A stretch of 64,000 nucleotides of DNA from Octopus sinensis (Eukaryota): contig NC_043015.1 of assembly GCF_006345805.1 (NCBI RefSeq), forward strand, positions 10,602,001 through 10,666,000, in the 5' to 3' direction. How positions within the stretch are numbered: the first letter of the stretch is position 1; each line of letters starts with the position of its first letter. The notes beneath the pieces are model-generated. The model ran no database searches, had not been told where the DNA came from, and saw nothing but the letters and a program-made list of their open reading frames with translations. The position numbers and the translations under genes are program-made. This document shows positions 56,447 to 64,000 of this stretch, one piece after another.

Positions 56447-57983
56447 TTATTTATTTATATATATATATATATTATATATATATATACATTATAGTATGAC
56501 AAGGTGAGTGAGCTTAACCTTATGCATAGGAGTAACGTCATCGATGCGTGTTAATCCTATTAAAAATCACCAGTAAACTTAAAAGTAGAGCGCAATGACT
56601 CTCTCCAAGGACAAGAAATTTTTCCGACACACGAATTCACATGAGGAATCTTCCAAAACGGATACAGAAAATGAAGCACTTATATATATATATATGTATA
56701 TGCTTATTTTTGTATGTGTATCTGCATGAATGTTTGGATAATCTTTTTATTCTATAAAAAAATAGTTGCTAATTGTGTTAGAGCTAAGATTTGGAAGAAG
56801 AAGCAAAAATTCCTTTACATCCAGTTACTGTATTTCGTGGTTAAAGACACTTCATTAGGTGTGAAACGAAGACAGGACCACGCTAGCATCTTTTGGTCGT
56901 GAGTTGCGATATGCATGCAAATATGTTGTTGCCGTAAGTTTATGCAGCCTGTGTAACACACAAAATATATATTCTAATATTACACAAAACTTCACGCAAA
57001 TTATACACTGTTGACAAATGCCGATGACTTGGTTTAATGGCGTTTGTTCGCGTAACTGGTCTTTATGCACACAAAATTAACATTTGTCAATCGCACGAAA
57101 TAAGCAGAGTATTTAATACATTAATACCGATTACATTTTATGAGTTCCTACCCTCTCTCTCTCTCTCTCTTTTCATTTCTCACTTACTCTGTCTTTCTTT
57201 CTCTATATTTCTATTTCTATCTCTATCTGGTGCTGTATGTCTCTCTCTCTCTCTCTATTTTTCTCCGTTTCTCTTTCTCTCTGTTTCTCTCACACCACCT
57301 CCACACACACACATCACACGCAGACTTACATATCAACTAAAAAAGCTATCTAAAAATAAATTGGATTTCATTAAAATTCCTTATATATAAAAGTTGATTA
57401 CTTTATATCTTTAGTAAAAACAAAAACTCCAAGTATATTTATGTCTGCAGTTAAGCATAAACAATACTAGCAAAAAAAAAATTAGCTAAAAACATCAAAA
57501 TTAATTTCACATTATGATTTGTTTTTATTATAAGCTTATATCTTCTGTCCTACAGTTCATTAATATTAATCATCGAATCTTAATGATAAACATGCTGAAG
57601 CTATTTGCTGTAAATTTTCGCTCAGGGCTCTTGTATAAACAATAGCTTAATGTGTCTATTTTGGCTTCGGCAGATTTGGAGATTTATAATTCCAGAATAC
57701 GGCAAAAGTATAGGATTAGCCAAGTTCGCGCACACATTCGCCACACAAGCACGCGCAAGCACGTGTACACATACATACACGCACATACGTACATGTATAC
57801 ATACAGATATAAAAATATATATGATATATAGGTGTGTGTATGTCTATATGTATATGTATATGTATATATACACACACACATATATAACTATGTATACGTG
57901 TATATACAAAAAATACATAGAAATATATATATATATAATATATATATATATACATATAAATAATATATATATATATGTATATA

Positions 57984-58054
<71 letters not shown>

Positions 58055-58169
58055 GGTAGGTAGTAGTAGTAAGAGAAAAGAGAAATTTCGATTATCCCCA
58101 TGTGGTGAGTTGTAATGTATACAAGAAATTAAGACAGGAAAATACGCACACTTATATAGTTTTAATATA

Positions 58170-59260
58170 ATTTTTAATATATCGACCGGTTTCGCTAGCG
58201 TAATTCATGATATTATGTTTTACTTATGTGAGTATATATTTTTTCTTAAGAAGAAATTTTGTCCATGTTGTGTGTGATGAAATTCCCGTGTGAATTACTT
58301 CACAAGTAGATGAATAAAGGGAGGTAATTGGTTGACGTTATTATTTTATCGTTGTGGGTAAGGGAGATAACTGTTCAGCTTTCGGTAATGGGTGGGATTA
58401 TACAGACAGAGATAAGTTTCAAAAACCTTGTTTAGTAGGGGATTTATGTACAGTGATGTAATCGTGAATTGAAATATATAAAAGATATAAGTCGGTTATG
58501 CGTGCATATTAAGACGTGTTTTGTATTTTTCAATGAAAAAAGTTTCTTTATTTAAACGTTCTAGTTGAGAGATTGCGTCTTTGCACTTGTAGAAAGGGAA
58601 GATTGTGAAATTTGGTTTAATGTTACCTGCACATTTTTCTATATGGTCACTGAGAGGAATTTGTCTTGTGGGAGACGGATTTACTCTTTATGTAGAGTGG
58701 TTCACTTTCTCAAAGTCATACTCGTTTGTCCAATATAGTTTTGTCCGCAACCCGAGCAGGTCATTAAATGAATTAGGTTCATAGCGGCACAAGTGAAACT
58801 AGATATAATTGTGAACATCTGACCTTGTTTGAAAAGGAAATCCGGCCTTGAAGCAGGCTGGGGCAGGTTCCACATTTTGAGCGTCCACATTTTTCAACCG
58901 TTGGTTTCGTGGTTGTTTTGTAAAGCTTCGCATTTGTTAGTAGTCTCTTTAGCGATTTGTCTTGTTTTTTCATTTGATGACTTTGTGTGTTTTCAGGATT
59001 TCGTTCATTTTTGGATCTCTAGTTAGTAAAGGAAGAATTACACAATAGAGTTGAATGCATCACTATTTCTGGGGTTGTGTGTTGTTATAAATAGTAATGT
59101 TTTGAGTTGAGGTGTGGTGTTATGTTATGTTCTTCTTGGTGATTTTGTATCTAATTGTTTGGCACGTTTAATTCCTTCGTCGTTAAGTGAGGGTGGATAT
59201 TGTCTTTCAATAAGTGTTGTTTTGAGGTATTGAAAACAACACTGGCTCTTTGGTTAATTA
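58170..59260 (-). mobile_element. Penelope-like element remnant (linker, GIY-YIG, 3' pLTR)
   Basis: LKRLLTNAKL...VEKCGRSKCGTCPSLLQG and FTCAAMNLIHLMTCSGCGQNYIGQTSMTLRK (ORFs 58779-58973, 58702-58890). Same family as 8955-9960. Confidence 0.9.
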
Positions 59261-59323
59261 AGGGACAAATTTCACTTCAATTCGTACAATTCTTTATTTT
59301 CCCTAACAATTTCTCATTTACTT

Positions 59324-59940
59324 TCTACCCGACGTAATAAAAAATGTCCTGTTGCCTGTTATTTTCATTGTTTACTATCTTCTCCACCCGTGTATTTGTG
59401 TATACGTATGTAACCATGCCTAGAAGGTAAGTATCGAATTTGTTGAAAATGTCAAGGTCAGCCAAAAGTATTTCTCTGGCCAGAGAAAGAGAGACAGCTG
59501 CATAAAGGGAAGCATAACAAGAAAAAAATACATTGTGTACTACAAAAGCTAAACCACCTGAAAGTGGTGAACAGAAGTATGCACGACTGACAAGGAATAG
59601 GATCACCACTGCAGAACGAAGATCTGTAACAGCTCAAAGAAGAAATTCTATGAAGCAGCTTTCAGTTATGATCCAGAGGTTCATTATGCAGATGGCACTA
59701 GGGTTTCTATTGGTACACACATTTTAAAACAAGGAAATAATCTGAGAAGACAATTGCACTGTGCTGCAGTGGTGGAAATGTTAACTCCCTTGCCATCTCG
59801 CAACCCCCAGAGACATTGAAGAAACTGTCGTCATCAACTGACCGAAATTCCAACCACTTCCAAAGCAAACTTAGGCAATACAATAGTGCACTACAGATCA
59901 CATGAACCACAAGAGATTTAACTGAGACAGGATTCATTTT
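59324..59940 (+). mobile_element. Helitron RepHel 5' remnant (zinc-binding N-terminal region)
   Basis: ATG at 59416 (MPRR*), YEAAFSYDPEVHYA..VSIG, then after a frameshift LCCSGGNVNSLAISQPPETLKKL...SNHFQSKLRQYNSALQIT*. This matches Helitron CCxxGKV.LP...PP..L..L....S..F...IR.YNSAFQMTS. Confidence 0.8.
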
Positions 59941-60249
59941 ATTTTGTTCTTATTGACCTGCGACCATTCCTTCAAATCAGAACGTACCCCAGTTGTTAAG
60001 ATCACCGTTCAATTAAATATCCAAGTTTTATAGTAATTTTTACTACTTTATTTATAATCCTCTCGATCTTCATTCATCACTAGAATATTCTATTCTATAC
60101 TATATGTTTATTCTACAGCCACATGCAGACCCACACTATTAGAATTTACATATACACATAAACACATTCATATGTATTTATCTGTGTGCATTTATATTGT
60201 TTACACATTCGGGCCCACATGCAAGCATCCGCCTCTAGAAACGTATTAA

Positions 60250-60530
60250 TGCATGCGTGTACATAGCTATATTTTCGTATTTACATGCGTCAATATATCT
60301 CAAGCACCGAGCAACGAAGACGACGTATACAAGAAAGGTATTAGTTTGACGCTTAGTAACAAGTGAGTCTTTTGACGTTTCGAGCATAGCTCTTCGTCGG
60401 AAAGGAAAAACGAAAAATTCCATAGGAAAAATAATCACAAACAGCACGTGCGTAGTTATATTGCTGAAACGACCGTAAGTAGAAAGAGTTTGAGAAAGAG
60501 CTGGGGGGGGCAGGAGAAGATGATGATATC
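60250..60530 (-). mobile_element. Penelope-type pseudo-LTR fragment
   Basis: It contains the hammerhead-like motif below plus a pyrimidine-rich minus-strand segment. Confidence 0.5.
60371..60403 (-). ncRNA. Minimal type-I hammerhead-ribozyme-like motif (core variant, activity unknown)
   Basis: Minus strand UUU CCGACGA A GAGC-UAU-GCUC GAAA C GUC AAA: stem I, core with U4>C, stem II, GAAA, palindromic ACGU helix III and a GUC site. Confidence 0.6.
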
Positions 60531-61720
60531 CAGAATGTGTGTGTTGGTATCGTAGTATATGTGTGTGTGATTGTGTTTAAGGTGAGTGATATACCTATGG
60601 GTGTGTGATCAGAGAATGTTGGTGGCTGGTGTTTGATGCGATCGAGAGAGGTGACATGTGTGTGAGTGACAGAGTGTAGCTGTGCCTGTGTATATGTGTA
60701 TGCATGTGTATGTATGACGGAGTGGGAATCTATGTGTGTGTATATTCGTATGAGTACATATGTGTGTGCGTATGTGTGTGTAAATATATGTATATGAGCG
60801 TATGTGAGGCCGTCTGTGTGATTGTATGTATATGTATGTGTATGTGCGTTTGCATGTGTGTGTGGGCGCACGTGAGAGACAGAGAGCTGGGGAGATGGCA
60901 TATAGAAGTACGTTGGTGCGTGTACGAAACGTATGTGTGTATACGTGTACATGTGTATGTGTGTGTGTATGGATGCGTGTATGTATGTATATGTGTGTAT
61001 GTTTATATGTTTCGTAGTATGTATTTAATTATGCATGAAGTATTTATACTTGTATGTGTGTATATTACTAGATCTTCACAGACATTTGTTACAACTCAAA
61101 AAGCATTTCCCACCGCAACTAATTCAGCTACACTGGGAAGATATCAATGTATAACAGAGATAAACTGAAATATAGATTTACTATATCTATACAGTCGTTA
61201 CTTGAAGCAGTACACTTTACCCCTCTCGGTTGTCGGCCACAAACTACATCTAAAGATATTTTAATTAGTATTTATAATAAACACTATCATGAAAATACAC
61301 GATTTTGCTTTTATCTCGTGGTGATACTTTTCAGAAATTTTCTTTTATTCTTCGTAAATCTAAGGATTTGAAGAAAATAGATTTGTGATATCTTAAATAA
61401 TCTTTCCATTTGTGATATCTTAAATAATCTTTCCATAATATAGTCATTGACAACGTGAAACTAATACAAATATCTACAAAGAAGGTGATTAATCAAAGAA
61501 TACTACGTACAATTAATTTAGAAACCAAATATATTTGAGGCAATGAAACATCTATAGAGAGTATTTGTATCCTGATGCGCATAGTTTTCTGGGAAAAGGA
61601 AAGGCAGATGTAATATCAAAGGTGCTAAAGTGATAGGGAAACATAATAGAGTAGAAAATCCAATATCTCAGAATGTGTACCATGCTGAATCACGTGCCAA
61701 TAATGATTACCTCTGCTTTT

Positions 61721-61802
<82 letters not shown>

Positions 61803-62204
61803 TATATATATGTGTGTGTGTGTGTATATATGTATATATATAGGGGTGCTTGTATGTGTGTATATTAGGATGCTTCCACACGTAGAAATATTACTACCTC
61901 GTATATCTGTATGTATATACAAAAGCGAGTAGTTGTGTATGTGTGTTCGTGCGTTACTCTGAAATGTCCCCGGAACTAAGGAGTGTGTCGCCCATTTCAT
62001 CATCACAAAAGTTTCAAATAATCATTCCTGCTATAAGCAAAAGGCCCGAAATTTCTGACAGGTTGCTAGTTCATTACATTGGCCGCGGTGCATAACGTTT
62101 TTCGTGGACATCCAAAGGATTAAAGGCAAGGCCTACATTGGAGGAATTTGAACTAAAAACGTAAAGAACAGATGAAATGCCTACTTATAATTCTTATTTC
62201 TTTA

Positions 62205-62445
62205 TTACCGACAGCGGGCTAAACATAGAGTGGACAGACAATAACAGACAAAGAGATTAAGTTGATTACATCGACCCCAGTGCGTAACTGGTACTTAATT
62301 TATCGACCCCGAAAAGATGAAAGTCGCCCTCAACGGTATTTGAACTCAGAACTTAACGGCAGACGAAATACCGTAAAGATTTTCGCCCTGCGTACTAACG
62401 TTTCTGCAATTTCACCGCCTAATAATTCTGCCAGCTCACCGCCAT
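62205..62445 (-). mobile_element. SINE family B with duplicated 5' tip
   Basis: Reverse complement of the 23107 unit (atcgaccccagtgcgtaactggtactt...tttgaactcagaac...gacgaaatacc...taacgtttctgc). ttctgc..tcaccgcc occurs twice. Confidence 0.85.
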
Positions 62446-62631
62446 AAAAAGTGTTAATAATAGCAACAAGTGCGTTTATATTTAATCAGTGTACTTCTTA
62501 ATTATATCAGGTATATCTACATCCTTGTTAGGAAAAGAGATTCAAAAGAAATATTGTATTCTCAGACCTAGAGTTAGTTTAGAGATCAGAATTGATCGTA
62601 TAAAAATATTGAATTTCCATAAAAGGGTGAT

Positions 62632-63111
62632 CTAGGACATAAGACGAGAAACATCGCACCATCGTTCAGGAAGTGAGAACTAGGACATAAGACGAGGAAC
62701 ACCGCATCATCTTTCAGGAAGTGAGAACTAGGACATAAGACAAGTAACACCGCACCATCTTTCAGGAAGTGAGAACTAGGACATAAGACGAGGAACACCG
62801 CACCATCTTTCAGGAAGTGAGAACTTGGACATAAGACGAGGAACACCGCACCGTCTTTCAGGAAGTGAGAACTAGGACATAAGACGAGGAACACCGCACC
62901 ATCTTTCAGGAAGTGAGAACTAGGACATAAGACGAGGAACACCGCACCGTCTTTCAGGAAGTGAGAACTAGGACATAAGACGAGGAACACCGCACCATCT
63001 TTCAGGAAGTGAGAACTAGGACATAAGACAAGGAACACCGCACCATCTTTCAGGAAGTGAGAACTAGGACATAAGACGAGGAACACCGCACCATCTTTCA
63101 GGAAGTGAGAA
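62632..63111. repeat. 48-bp minisatellite, 10 units
   Basis: Unit ctaggacataagacgaggaacaccgcaccatctttcaggaagtgagaa; 480 bp with few substitutions. Confidence 0.97.
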
Positions 63112-63937
63112 ACCCAGAAGGAAAAATAATTCTGTGAAATATAAGAACCACAGATCAGTGGGAGTCTACTTTGCCTATTGTAATGCGTTTCATAGTAGAA
63201 GCATTAAGGTACATGTTATTCTAACGGAATGAGTCGGCTTACTTTATAATGCAGGTGTAGATACTGTTTCGGCCAAAATGATGTTAAGACCTTAACGTGA
63301 ATGATTTATCAGAAATGCAGTCTACCAATGACTAGTAACTGTAAACTGAGAAGAAAATGGTAAATAAACGTCATATTTCGAGAACAGAAAATACAAGAAC
63401 TCTCTATGATTATAGAATAAAACAAAATATTAGCAGCAACAACGAACAAAATTCTACTCTGTTAAAGAACAACGAATGAAAATACATTTGAGAATGTGAT
63501 GCCATGAAAGACGGGTAACGAAATTTGAATACAAAATACAAAAATAGGACATGAATAGGGATAGAGGAATTTGACATTATTTCATAATTTTTTTTTTGTT
63601 AAATTTCGTTTTTATAAAAATGTTATCTATATTTTTCGAATCTATAATATAAACAGAGAATAGTTTAGAAAAGTTGCATTTCAAAAAGCAAGAGAAAAAA
63701 ATTACTATGGCTCCTTATCTAAAATATATCAAGAGAACAATATTAATATGTCTTTTAATACACCATGGAGAAATTTACTAGTACTCCTAATAATTGCATG
63801 AACGTCGTCCTTGTTAACATTATTATTATCATTGTTATCAAAAATATTTCATATATACACATATATACGTGCATGATGTTTATGATCCAGAATAGCTATT
63901 TGTTGGAATCATTGCAGAGTTTTATGCATTTTTTGAA

Positions 63938-63970
<33 letters not shown>

Positions 63971-64000
63971 GATGCTGATGCTACTACTACTACTACTACT

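Noticed and set aside
60353-61168. 199-aa and 154-aa His/Thr- or Cys/Val-rich ORFs
   Set aside because: They are degenerate (TG/TA)n low-complexity sequence.
62632-63111. CRISPR-like appearance of the 48-bp array
   Set aside because: Units are contiguous with no unique spacers, there are no cas genes, and the context is eukaryotic.

Overview
This is a eukaryotic, strongly AT-rich, microsatellite-saturated 64-kb window. I could not recognise any protein-coding gene, rRNA, true tRNA or CRISPR array. The repeat complement and the (AT)n/(GATA)n/(ATT)n/(GAA)n load point to a coleoid cephalopod, most likely Octopus; this is an inference from repeat style, not a database hit. The repeats include several tRNA-derived SINE families with internal microsatellites and abundant Penelope-like remnants. 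The window looks like an intergenic or deep-intronic transposon graveyard. It holds three Penelope-like GIY-YIG remnants, a CR1-type RT remnant, an RTE (BovB-like) endonuclease remnant, a near full-length decayed mariner with both TIRs, a Tc1/mariner (maT-like) 3' half, a Helitron 5' remnant, a family of long-TIR foldback elements and about 15 SINE copies. Nearly all ORFs in the supplied track are translated microsatellites or transposon debris. The best leads are: (i) dispersed Penelope-type minimal hammerhead-ribozyme-like motifs, two of which keep stem I with different sequences; (ii) a young X-Y-X-Y-X tandem array with a period of about 782 bp; (iii) several long inverted repeats that would make dsRNA if transcribed; (iv) a 10 x 48-bp minisatellite with an ETS-type motif in every unit; (v) a few low-confidence splice-compatible exon candidates. 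I do not see solid evidence for a new protein-based system.
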